Shown here: one piece after another, positions 36,136 through 45,555 of the stretch
How the letters are laid out: each line of letters starts with the position of its first letter
Position numbering within the stretch: position 1 is the stretch's first letter
Source of the DNA: a virus
Lineage: Duplodnaviria; Caudoviricetes
Virus record (IMG/VR): IMGVR_UViG_3300037067_006488
Location: 1 to 64,000 of that record
DNA length: 64,000 nt
Strand: one strand, 5' to 3'
Notes under the pieces: model-generated
The model's database searches: none
Seen by the model: the letters and a program-made list of their open reading frames with translations, nothing else
Told to the model about the DNA's origin: nothing
Made by a program: the position numbers and the translations under genes

Positions 36136-37398
36136 TTATTTTCTAAATAACTTGAATCGTTTCTTTTTTATAGGCGTTGCTCTCTCTAATGCTTCTATTC
36201 TTGCCTCTAACTCCGCTTGTTTTTTCTCTACGTCTGCTATATTGCGGAGGTTATATTCTATGCCCGCTTGTAAAGCCTGAAGATAACGCATAGGGGGTAG
36301 TTTGTCCACCATAAATGTATTGTATATAGTACCGTCTACCTGATAATACCACCGTACCTCGTAGTTAAGCATTTCTTCAAGGCGTTGTGTCGCCGTTCTT
36401 ATCTTATTCATTTCAAAAATAAAGGATGCTGGTTCTGTTGTGGCTGTGTCTATTGCACTTGTACTTGTGCCTGTCAGCCATGAACTTGACATATCTCCGA
36501 AGATTGTAAGATATACAGAGTCCCTTATTGCAACAGTGCCGTCTACATCAAGAGCTTCACTTGGAGATGTTGTCCCTATACCAATATCCCCCGTTGTTCT
36601 TTCTACAAAGAAAGAATTACCTGCGTCTGAGGTGATTGTTAATCCTCCGGTAATAGCTTTAAAATCTTGTGATCCATTCCCGTCGTCTGTGTTCTGTATT
36701 CTTATTGCGGGACTTGCTCCGTATATATGCGTAATAGTAGCGGGAGAGTGAGTTCCTATCCCAATATTCCCTAATAGCGTGAGATTACCGTTTCCAAACA
36801 TTTGTATATTGTTTGTGCCTGCTGTATTTTGTACCGACAAACTATAATTATTATCGTTGCCGTTCTTAAAAACAACTCCATATCCAGTTGCGCTTGTGTT
36901 ACTAAACAAACCGATAACATCTGCCGCAATTGACTTTTGTGCATGGAATAAATAAACAGGAGCTATCCCTATACCAACATCTTTAGTGGTAGATAGAGTG
37001 GTGTCTGTTGTCGTCCAATCCCCGACATCTATATTTGATAAATCGTATTGTGTTGCTATTGTAGAAGTGGTGTCAGCCCAATGTAAAAGATTAGCGGAGT
37101 CGGCAGCAAATATAGGATCAGATTCTACACTTACAAACCCCGCAAGAGAATCGCTTACAACAGAAGCAGCTACAGATTCGGCAGTATTTAAAACATAGGT
37201 TTTAATAGCCTGAGAAGACGGTAATGTTTTGTCGCTTGTTGTCGTCAAGGTAGTATCTATTACAACTCCCGTCACCCATCCGTTAGTCTCGTCAAAATAC
37301 ACGGAGTCTATGTTGATTGCGCCCATCTGGAACACCGCCTGTGAATAAGCCGTAGAACCTACAACAAACAACGCTAATATGAATAATATCTTCCTCAT
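36136..37398 (-). CDS. signal-peptide-bearing tail-fibre-like protein (GIGT..P repeats, C-terminal coiled coil)
   Basis: MRKILFILALFVVGSTAYS|Q (ATG 37398); VGIGIAP, NIGIGTHSP, DIGIGTTSP; KQAELEARIEALE. Confidence 0.75.
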   Translation of the reverse strand: MRKILFILALFVVGSTAYSQAVFQMGAINIDSVYFDETNGWVTGVVIDTTLTTTSDKTLPSSQAIKTYVLNTAESVAASVVSDSLAGFVSVESDPIFAADSANLLHWADTTSTIATQYDLSNIDVGDWTTTDTTLSTTKDVGIGIAPVYLFHAQKSIAADVIGLFSNTSATGYGVVFKNGNDNNYSLSVQNTAGTNNIQMFGNGNLTLLGNIGIGTHSPATITHIYGASPAIRIQNTDDGNGSQDFKAITGGLTITSDAGNSFFVERTTGDIGIGTTSPSEALDVDGTVAIRDSVYLTIFGDMSSSWLTGTSTSAIDTATTEPASFIFEMNKIRTATQRLEEMLNYEVRWYYQVDGTIYNTFMVDKLPPMRYLQALQAGIEYNLRNIADVEKKQAELEARIEALERATPIKKKRFKLFRK

Positions 37399-37727
37399 TT
37401 TATCAACTGAATTAAGTCCTTTAATGTTATCATGTCGGCAAGGGATACAACAGTAAACATAAGAACAACCATGTAAACAACAGACTGTACCGGATGTTTC
37501 GACACCCATGCTGAAACCACACTGTCTTGCTTTACACATCGTATATCGTCCTCTGTCTTTGTCACCCTGCCGTTTGTCTTCTTTTGGTGTTCTATCATAT
37601 CGTCCTGCTTCTCGAAGACGGATTTAAACCTTTCTTCCATTATCCCTTCAAGTCTGCCGACAATAGCATCCAAATAATCCCTGTCTTGCATATTCATAGG
37701 TAGATACCGTGTAAAGTCATTAGACAT
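37395..37727 (-). CDS. small coiled-coil membrane protein (holin/XhlA-like)
   Basis: Coiled coil containing TNGRV followed by one C-terminal TM. Confidence 0.55.
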   Translation of the reverse strand: MSNDFTRYLPMNMQDRDYLDAIVGRLEGIMEERFKSVFEKQDDMIEHQKKTNGRVTKTEDDIRCVKQDSVVSAWVSKHPVQSVVYMVVLMFTVVSLADMITLKDLIQLIK

Positions 37728-38179
37728 TAATAATATATTTTGATACGTCCCGATGTTACGCTATTCCATACGATTGTGAAAGCCACATACCCACCCGGCC
37801 AATCTTTGTCGGTTATAAAAGACTGACGAGCAACAGTGTATCTTGTGCCGTCACTCTTGCGTATTGTCTTTGCGTTTGTTGTTGCGTCGAGGATAACACT
37901 ATCTGCCGACGTAGAGCCACTCCATTGCAGATCGCCAGCCCACACTCCGTAGGCATCCGCTAACCCTATCTTCAGCACTGCATCGTCTGCATTTAGATCG
38001 GAATAGTCTACAATTATCGCATTTACATCCTGCGCTACGTTAAGGATGAATGTTGTTGTGTCGTAGGCGTAATACGTGGCTGCACTCCAATTAGCCTCTA
38101 TATCACCTATCCTTTGTGTCTGTGCTTTAACACCTAACGCACACAACATAAATAAACCGAGAACAATTATCTTTTTCAT
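37727..38179 (-). CDS. signal-peptide-bearing small beta protein
   Basis: MKKIIVLGLFMLCALGVKA|Q (ATG 38179, 20 nt after TAAATTTG). Confidence 0.75.
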   Translation of the reverse strand: MKKIIVLGLFMLCALGVKAQTQRIGDIEANWSAATYYAYDTTTFILNVAQDVNAIIVDYSDLNADDAVLKIGLADAYGVWAGDLQWSGSTSADSVILDATTNAKTIRKSDGTRYTVARQSFITDKDWPGGYVAFTIVWNSVTSGRIKIYY

Positions 38180-38199
38180 ATCTACGTTTTTGTTGGTTA

Positions 38200-38207
38200 C
38201 AAATTTA
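38200..38207 (-). promoter_or_regulatory. late promoter element TAAATTTG heading the signal-peptide gene cluster
   Basis: In the intergenic gap, 20 nt upstream of ATG 38179. Confidence 0.6.
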
Positions 38208-38232
38208 GTACACACCTTCATCTTGATATTAG

Positions 38233-41200
38233 TTATTTACTGTATTTACCGAACCTTAATTTATATCTTGCCTTGTCTGCTGCATCGTTAGCGTATTGGG
38301 CAACCCTGTCCTGAACTTCTGCTTTATCCATGTTCATAAGTTCTTTATAATGTTCTTCCAGTAAGTCTTTTAACAACTGCCCCCTTAGTTTGGCATATTG
38401 ATAATACTCCTCTTCATTAAGCAACCTGGTATTCCCTTCTGTATCGTACATAACTATACTCTTACTTGGCTTATTAAGCCAAGCCTCGTTGTCTACAATC
38501 AACTGCCATATAGGATCGTCTTCTTCTTTGTTTGTCCATCTGTTCATATTGGCGACAACAGGTTCTCCTAAAGCATTTGTCATTTCGTTAAGTTTGTTTC
38601 TTGCAATAGGAATGTCTCTGTACATCTGTTCCCATGTATCGTTAGCTTCTTTCATGGGCATATTGTAGGTCTGTTGTATCTTTCTACTTACCTGTGTTAC
38701 AATATTGGGAACAACAAAACCCTTACCCACATTCTGCAAATACTTTTCAAAATACCCTGACGCTTTTGTTGGGTCTGACTCATTAAACGAAGAAAGAAAC
38801 TCAGACACACCACGCAAGAAGGTAAGGTCTGTAAAATATTGCGCCGTATTCCATAGTATTATTTCAGTCCTCTTTAACATATCTTTATCTTCAAGGGTTC
38901 TGCCCTGATAGTTTCTGGCATCCATTATATTTCCAACAACAGTAAGAGGAATAGCTAAAGGCGTGTTTTGATAAGAATACCATGTATCTCCTATTTTAAC
39001 ACTATACTTCTGCCATCCAGTTTCCTGAAGGTTATAGTTTTTAACATAATCGTTAGTACCGTTAGCTGTTATTTCTATTGTCGGTTCGTCTTGATCGTCC
39101 CTCTTAGTGGCAAGCCAAAACAAAGTAAGCCCTGCGATAGTTCCTAATGTAGCCGCTATTATTTCCTTGGTTCTTTCTTCTTGTGTATACTTTCTTGTGT
39201 ATTTAGTACCCATATCTTGCTTGCCGCCCATACTCCCTCTTGCTGCACGAACAAAACCATAAGGAGAATAGTCAAGATACGTATTAGCAACGTTAGATAA
39301 TATGTTAGTAAATGGGACAATAAACTTTATGGGCTTAACATCCCCAAACTTTACTTGATTAGCAATATTAGCGACAAGGTCTGTAACCCGACCTATCCTG
39401 CCTTCAGGGGGGAAGTTAAACGTTCCTCTGCTTGCTATATTGTTGGCGTCATCATGTAGTTCATCGGGAAGCCCTTGTTCCATGATTTCCCACATTCTTC
39501 TCCTTATATCTATCCCTTTTAGCCCCTCTTTCTTTGCCTGCGCAATAGCCTTCTCTTTTAATTCTTTTGTTTTAAGAAGTTTCTCGCTTATATATCTTTC
39601 TACTTCAGCCTTACTCATACCAAGACCCTTGGTCTGTCTGTGTACGAGTTCATGCAACCTCATACCCTGAAGCCCATAATAAAAGAAGCTATCTACACCC
39701 ACCATAACACGGGGCACATACCTATGTAATTTAAGAGGATTCCATTGTTTGCCGAACAATTTAAACCCTTCGTATGATTCTAATGCTGATGGCGTTGCTT
39801 GTCTTTCCGTAAACTCGAACTTAGCACCCTTCATGGGGTCGTAACCTGTTTTAAGAACAGACCATAACTCCAACAATCCCCTACCGTACCCATCATACAA
39901 TCCCCTTAATAGGTCTAAAGTAGATTTAGGGCTATATATCGCAGACTTAACCAACTCCATCGCTGTGTTAGCTGTGTTAGCTAAGAAGTTAAGTTCTTGT
40001 GTCTTGTATCCTGATAGTATATGAGCATACCACACAGACATTGCCAGGTCTGCTAATTTGATGCCTTTTATCCTTGCCTCATATCCAAGCAGGTCTGTTG
40101 TTGCATTAAACTTCTGGAAACCGTCAGGTGCTTTCTTGACCCTATCGGCTAACCGTTTAAGTTCATCAAGTTCTTTGTCTGTCAGTTTTCTACCAGTATT
40201 CTTTTCAATGTCTGCAATAATCTTATCGGTAAGAACCCTCGAATTAAGTTTAGACCATATTGCATAAGCCTGTACACCCTGTCCTAATTCAGTGCCGTAC
40301 ATTGTCATAAACTCGGCTATGTCAACAGACTTCTTGGCTGCATCCTTCCATTCACTACTTTCAGGATCAGCTTCGTTTAGTATTTTATTGTAGGCGTTAA
40401 TAACGGCCTCACCAAGAGCAACCCTGACTCTCGGAAATAAACCGTTATTCTTATCCTTTACCATAAGGATAGACTCTGTTAGCCCCTTCTCTTGGATAAT
40501 AACATCGGCTTCGTGCATTGTCACTTTATTTCCCGTAGGAATATACATCTTAGCATCTTCACTAAGCCCCGTCTTTATCTCGTCAGACACGTCTTCGTCT
40601 TCCAATAACCTCTTAGCAAACTTTCTCTGTTTGCCCCTCTCTACGTAAATGTCTCGTATAAGATTACGGTTGTTATCTATGTAATCTGAAATCGTTTTAA
40701 GATTCTCTGGTGTTAATGGCTTTTGTTTAAGATAGTCTTTTATCTTCGTTATAAGATCGTCAACACTCAATGCTCCTAATTCAAACACGTCTTCGGCTAT
40801 CTGCCGCATTGCCTTTAGCGGATCGGGTCTTTGTTCTCCCATAAGAGATGTACTGCCACCAATCCCAGTAATAAGATTATCAAAATTATCGGCAATACGT
40901 TTCTTTAACTCTGCTTTCCTTGCTTCGTTTGGTGCTTCCTGCGTAGGTTGCGTGACCTGACCTTCTCCGGTAACTTCTTGTTGTCCGGCGTCTCCTCCTC
41001 GAACCTCCGTGCTAATCGTGGGTTCGTTGCCCAAAGGAATCTCCGTTGGGACGCTGACTTCATTGGCATTTGGTTGTCCTCCTATCCTCTTTAAGTATTG
41101 TTCTTGTAATTTCTGCCCTTCCTCAAAAGACTCAACATAGGGTGTTTTATTGAGGGCATCTTGTACATTACCAAACTTCCCATAACGAGAACTTAGTGTA

Positions 41201-43824
41201 TTGGGATTACCCCCATGATACGCCATAAGTATAACATCAGGTTCTCCGTTATTGTATTTTTTGAAGGTTTCTTTATCCCAATCTTCGGGCGCATATTGAT
41301 CGTCCCATTTAACCCTTGCGACAGGAACAAAACCAAAATCATAATAATAATCAGATAAACGAGTATCATAATGATCTAACTTGTTTCCTCCTTCTTTTAT
41401 TGCTTGGAAAACAACCTGTGCCCCCCTTCCCTTTCCTTTGCCGTGAGAGAACACCGATATTATTGTTCCCTTGTCGTCAATAGCAGCACCAGCCAATCCA
41501 TCGTCGGTCAGAAACTTACGATATTTTGCATAGTCTTCTTGGGGATAAACAAATACACTTGCCGCATACTTGTTCCCTGTTTTGGAGTCAGATATTGATT
41601 TATGGAATAATTCGGGATCGGAAACCTCGTTAAAAGATTTGTCGAAAACTAAATTAGGATTCGCAGAAGACATTTGAGATGCCTCTGAATCCTGAATAGA
41701 ATAGGTTTTTAATACGGTATTATCTCCAACGCTTCGCCTGCTTCCTCTATCGTCATATCGGGGTTGGCTTGGAGATGTCGCTGGGATATTCTCTCCCACA
41801 CGTTGAGGTCTTCCCATTTGGCCTCTATTATCTCCTTCACGGTTTTGTCTGTCCAGTTCTCCATATTCTTTTTCTTGCAAATTTAATAACTCTTGACGAG
41901 AATTAAAAACATCTTGTTCTTTTTTCTCTACCTTAAAAGGGTCTTCCGTATACTTTCTTAAATCGTTAGCATCTATAAAATCAATAATAAGTTCGTCTGC
42001 CCTCTGCTTCCCGTACTTCTCCGTCATTTGCTTTCTTTGTTCTTGTTGGGCTTCGTTTAACTCAAACAACCCTTCGGGGGTACGTATAACATTGTCAGGT
42101 AAATTCTCTGCTATATCGTCAATTTTAGACACACCTAAATCAGTTTCTCCTTCGGGTGATACTTGTGTATCACTTTGGGGTGTTTCTGTTTTGGCGATAG
42201 CTGTTTTGGGCTTTCCTGACGTTTCTGAGGGTTCTTCCACCTTCGTGTTCTCTGCCGTAAAAAGAGTATTGTATCCTATCTTGGCTTTCATATAATCCAA
42301 TACAACCTTGTTCTGTTCGGGGGTAAGATAAGACAAGTCTTCTTCTGAAAGCCTTTTCTGCATCTCCTCGATATTATCCAAGTTGATTGCAGATGTTATA
42401 ATTTGTTTTGTTGTCGGGTCTATGCGTTCATCAAACACCTTGGTCGCATTATCAAGTTCTTTCTTGTATTGCTTTTCTTTAAGATAACCGGGTATTTCCA
42501 ATGCTTTCATCCCCGCAGAAGCCACCATTATCGTAGCAAGGGTTTCAAACTGCTGGCGTACATTAAACAAATCAGATAGCGTTGCCTCCTCTGTCGTTAT
42601 CGCTTGTCCTATACCGTCAAGTTGTTCTTCGAGAAACTCGTATCCAGCCCCACTCCAATTAAGGTTCTTTCTTAAAGCATTAATAGATTTGACTGCTTGC
42701 GAAGGGTTGTTTATTGCGGGCGCAAGTTTAGCCCCTAACGTTGTAACACCTTTCCTTATCAACTCTCCTGCTTTCTCCGAAAACAAAGAACTAAACGTAG
42801 AGCCGAAAGCATCTGTTGCTGCCTCTACTCTGTTTTCTCCTTGTGTCGGCACTAACCTACCGTCGGCATCCATTTCTAAAGAAGGCATACGTTCCTGTGC
42901 GTACTTCTGCATAAACATAGCAGTAAACGGGGTTTGTGCTGCTGCTCCTACTGCTGCTTTTAATACAGCGTCCAATCCGTATTTCTTCATAACAGCTACC
43001 GTAGAAGCGGATAGCGCCTTCTTGGCGGTTGCACTTGCTGCCCCCGTCGCTGCTGATCCTATCCCGCCAGTAAGATATATCTGACCGATAAAGGGAACCA
43101 TCTCTGCGATAGCCGCCCCTACGTTATAGGAAGATGTTTTTGGCTTATTAGCATCAACAACATCATAAAGATATTTGCCCGCAAGAAGCATATATTCCTC
43201 GTCTGTGGGTTCATAACCCCCGTCCATTTTTTTTGCTAATTGTAGGGTTTTTAGACTATTATAACCGCCAGTATATCCCAATGAAAACAAATTAGCCAAA
43301 TCACCCCTCCTGATTCCAGAAATAAAAGAACGAACACCTTCTTTATCTGGTGCTTTAATCATTTTTTCTGCTCCCCTAAGCAGCCTCCTTGTTGCAAGAA
43401 GGGCCTCTTGTTCTTTGCCAAACCCAAAAACGGTAGCAGGGCCAATCTGCGCTTTGGCTTTACTATCTATATCCGATATGGTCTGCTGTATATTTGGAAG
43501 CAACGACTGAATTTGCTGTCTTGTTTCTTCGGTTACTCGCCTTTGTTCTTCCTCTGAAATTATTTTCTGTTGATTTTGTTCAACCACGTCTGCTAACCGG
43601 AACGGCTCTACCGTCCTAAACCCTGTCGGAGTAGTTGTATTAGCTGTCGGAGTTTGTTCCGCTTTCGATAACGAGCTTTGTACCTCTGATGGAGAAGCCG
43701 ACACCTCTTCCGAAAGGTCTGAAGATTCTTTTTTTTTTGGAGGTTCGGGAAATATATCATTCCACTTAGGCTCGTTAGCCTTGTTTCCAAATATGTCTTC
43801 GTATTTAGGTTTATATTCTGGCAT
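38233..43824 (-). CDS. 1863-aa large polyvalent/ejection protein (central GNAT-like module, C-terminal LPD38-like region)
   Basis: Third gene of the internal virion trio; GGNKLDHYDTRL..YYDFGFVPVARVKWDDQYAPEDW; WQKYSVKIGDTWYSYQ. Confidence 0.65.
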   Translation of the reverse strand: MPEYKPKYEDIFGNKANEPKWNDIFPEPPKKKESSDLSEEVSASPSEVQSSLSKAEQTPTANTTTPTGFRTVEPFRLADVVEQNQQKIISEEEQRRVTEETRQQIQSLLPNIQQTISDIDSKAKAQIGPATVFGFGKEQEALLATRRLLRGAEKMIKAPDKEGVRSFISGIRRGDLANLFSLGYTGGYNSLKTLQLAKKMDGGYEPTDEEYMLLAGKYLYDVVDANKPKTSSYNVGAAIAEMVPFIGQIYLTGGIGSAATGAASATAKKALSASTVAVMKKYGLDAVLKAAVGAAAQTPFTAMFMQKYAQERMPSLEMDADGRLVPTQGENRVEAATDAFGSTFSSLFSEKAGELIRKGVTTLGAKLAPAINNPSQAVKSINALRKNLNWSGAGYEFLEEQLDGIGQAITTEEATLSDLFNVRQQFETLATIMVASAGMKALEIPGYLKEKQYKKELDNATKVFDERIDPTTKQIITSAINLDNIEEMQKRLSEEDLSYLTPEQNKVVLDYMKAKIGYNTLFTAENTKVEEPSETSGKPKTAIAKTETPQSDTQVSPEGETDLGVSKIDDIAENLPDNVIRTPEGLFELNEAQQEQRKQMTEKYGKQRADELIIDFIDANDLRKYTEDPFKVEKKEQDVFNSRQELLNLQEKEYGELDRQNREGDNRGQMGRPQRVGENIPATSPSQPRYDDRGSRRSVGDNTVLKTYSIQDSEASQMSSANPNLVFDKSFNEVSDPELFHKSISDSKTGNKYAASVFVYPQEDYAKYRKFLTDDGLAGAAIDDKGTIISVFSHGKGKGRGAQVVFQAIKEGGNKLDHYDTRLSDYYYDFGFVPVARVKWDDQYAPEDWDKETFKKYNNGEPDVILMAYHGGNPNTLSSRYGKFGNVQDALNKTPYVESFEEGQKLQEQYLKRIGGQPNANEVSVPTEIPLGNEPTISTEVRGGDAGQQEVTGEGQVTQPTQEAPNEARKAELKKRIADNFDNLITGIGGSTSLMGEQRPDPLKAMRQIAEDVFELGALSVDDLITKIKDYLKQKPLTPENLKTISDYIDNNRNLIRDIYVERGKQRKFAKRLLEDEDVSDEIKTGLSEDAKMYIPTGNKVTMHEADVIIQEKGLTESILMVKDKNNGLFPRVRVALGEAVINAYNKILNEADPESSEWKDAAKKSVDIAEFMTMYGTELGQGVQAYAIWSKLNSRVLTDKIIADIEKNTGRKLTDKELDELKRLADRVKKAPDGFQKFNATTDLLGYEARIKGIKLADLAMSVWYAHILSGYKTQELNFLANTANTAMELVKSAIYSPKSTLDLLRGLYDGYGRGLLELWSVLKTGYDPMKGAKFEFTERQATPSALESYEGFKLFGKQWNPLKLHRYVPRVMVGVDSFFYYGLQGMRLHELVHRQTKGLGMSKAEVERYISEKLLKTKELKEKAIAQAKKEGLKGIDIRRRMWEIMEQGLPDELHDDANNIASRGTFNFPPEGRIGRVTDLVANIANQVKFGDVKPIKFIVPFTNILSNVANTYLDYSPYGFVRAARGSMGGKQDMGTKYTRKYTQEERTKEIIAATLGTIAGLTLFWLATKRDDQDEPTIEITANGTNDYVKNYNLQETGWQKYSVKIGDTWYSYQNTPLAIPLTVVGNIMDARNYQGRTLEDKDMLKRTEIILWNTAQYFTDLTFLRGVSEFLSSFNESDPTKASGYFEKYLQNVGKGFVVPNIVTQVSRKIQQTYNMPMKEANDTWEQMYRDIPIARNKLNEMTNALGEPVVANMNRWTNKEEDDPIWQLIVDNEAWLNKPSKSIVMYDTEGNTRLLNEEEYYQYAKLRGQLLKDLLEEHYKELMNMDKAEVQDRVAQYANDAADKARYKLRFGKYSK

Positions 43825-43827
43825 AAC

Positions 43828-45546
43828 TTACTCCCATCTTAAAAATTCATGTGTCGTGGCATCAAATATAGCCATCCTGTTTGTCTTAGTATCGAAACCC
43901 TTTACCTCGTTACTCTTTTGTACGCCCACAGGTGAAGGGTTAGTTTGTGTCGGTATGCTCTTTGTAATACCGGGGAAGTAAGCCTCCAATAAACCCTGTG
44001 CCCTTCCTGATGGTATCTTTATTTGTTTGCGGATAGTGCCGTTACCCTCGTCTACCGATGTAGTGCCGATAAGATTTCCGTACTTATCTACGTACTCGAA
44101 GTTAACAGGTAATACGTCTGCATCTGTTTGAATATCCCCCAACATAGATACAGGAACGTTAGCCGTCTTACTCTTGTCGAATACTAAAGCACGTCCTGAT
44201 TCTGTATTGCTGTAAGGGAAATCTTCTACAACCCTGTAAGGTAATGATTCGTTTTTCTTGGAGGTTTCTTCCATATACTGAGCTTTCTTGGCCCAATCTA
44301 CCTTGTTCTGTTCTATCTTATCCCCGTATTCCAATCCTGTCATAAACTCCGCAAAAGACATATCGTCGAATTGCCCGGTCTCAGGATTAGTAAACATATT
44401 CATAAGTTCAGCATCTCCCGCATACTGCTGTTTCCATTCGGGGAGTTTGTTGCGAACAATATATTTTTGTAAGCCTTGGTTGGTATTGAAATAAGTACCC
44501 GCCAACACCTTCTTTTGATCTCCGGTAAGAGGAGATTGCATTTCGTAAGGATTAGTTTCGCTTGTCGGCCTCCACGCATCCTTGTTTGTTATACTTAGGT
44601 TGCTGAAGAATGTATCGGGGTTTACCTCTGCCTGTGTTAATGTAGTGCCCTCGACAGGCATCCTGCCATTGCGTAAGAAATAATCTGACCGCATCTTGAA
44701 ATCTACCGGATCATATTTTGTTGAGTTGTTGTAAAACTCCTTATATTCCTTTTGGTAGGTTTCCAAATCCCCCATATACTGACTTATGTTCCTTTGGAGT
44801 TTGTTGTATCTGTCGGTTATATCCAACATCTCCTGAGAAGTATATTTGCCTTTTTGCAAGCCCTGTTTGCCCATGCCTACATTGACAATATAATCCCTGA
44901 AAGAATTGATTTGTTCAAGCATTGCGGGCTGCATTGTCTTAAACGATTCTTCTGCGGGGTCGAACTCGTTCATCATCTGCTGCAACTGCTGTTTGTAATC
45001 GAACTGTTGCTGTACGGTGTTTACGGCTGCTCCCGCAACTCCGCTTAACAAACTATTGGCAAGAACACCCCCGAAATCTTTATCAGGTTGTCCGACATCG
45101 CTTCCCCTGAATAGTCCCTGTTGTGCTGCATTGGCGAGAGTTCTTCTTGCAACATCACTCCCAAATCCCTCCCCGAAAAGGACACTGTTTGCGACATTTG
45201 CTATTTTACTAAGTTTTGTTGGCGCTGCTACCCTGTTTTTCAAGCCTTGTTCTACAACAGGAAGAACACCGGATTTAGATGTTAACGCCTGATTGATTGG
45301 TTCTGCTTTTGCAACATTAACCAAATCTGATAACCTTCCAAGTTTTAATCCGTTTGATGCCGCTCCTGACGCAGCCTGTTTTATTCCTTCCGTAGCTGCC
45401 TTGCCTGCCCCTGCTTCCGCTAACTTAGAAGCAACACCACCTAAAGCACCTGACACTAACTTAGCTGCCCCCCCTACTAACTTAGACCCCGCTACTTTAC
45501 CGATTATGCCTTTTAGTAAGGCTGCTATTGCTGGTATTATTGCCAT
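43828..45546 (-). CDS. putative ejection/pilot protein
   Basis: Ala/Gly/Lys-rich amphipathic N-terminus; position among the internal virion genes. Confidence 0.6.
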   Translation of the reverse strand: MAIIPAIAALLKGIIGKVAGSKLVGGAAKLVSGALGGVASKLAEAGAGKAATEGIKQAASGAASNGLKLGRLSDLVNVAKAEPINQALTSKSGVLPVVEQGLKNRVAAPTKLSKIANVANSVLFGEGFGSDVARRTLANAAQQGLFRGSDVGQPDKDFGGVLANSLLSGVAGAAVNTVQQQFDYKQQLQQMMNEFDPAEESFKTMQPAMLEQINSFRDYIVNVGMGKQGLQKGKYTSQEMLDITDRYNKLQRNISQYMGDLETYQKEYKEFYNNSTKYDPVDFKMRSDYFLRNGRMPVEGTTLTQAEVNPDTFFSNLSITNKDAWRPTSETNPYEMQSPLTGDQKKVLAGTYFNTNQGLQKYIVRNKLPEWKQQYAGDAELMNMFTNPETGQFDDMSFAEFMTGLEYGDKIEQNKVDWAKKAQYMEETSKKNESLPYRVVEDFPYSNTESGRALVFDKSKTANVPVSMLGDIQTDADVLPVNFEYVDKYGNLIGTTSVDEGNGTIRKQIKIPSGRAQGLLEAYFPGITKSIPTQTNPSPVGVQKSNEVKGFDTKTNRMAIFDATTHEFLRWE

Positions 45547-45555
45547 ATCTTTATT

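Noticed and set aside
25979-38179. Diversity-generating retroelement or invertible shufflon acting on fibre genes
   Set aside because: No reverse transcriptase or invertase in the window. The duplicated segments differ at silent positions of all base types rather than at adenines, and I saw no flanking inverted repeats.
25979-38179. T9SS cargo or lipoprotein interpretation of the exported proteins
   Set aside because: No T9SS C-terminal domain and no lipobox Cys at the predicted cleavage sites. Judged by eye, so it should be confirmed with HMMs.
38233-43824. Virion RNA polymerase
   Set aside because: No DxDGD/DFDID-type catalytic motif; IDFIDAND does not fit.
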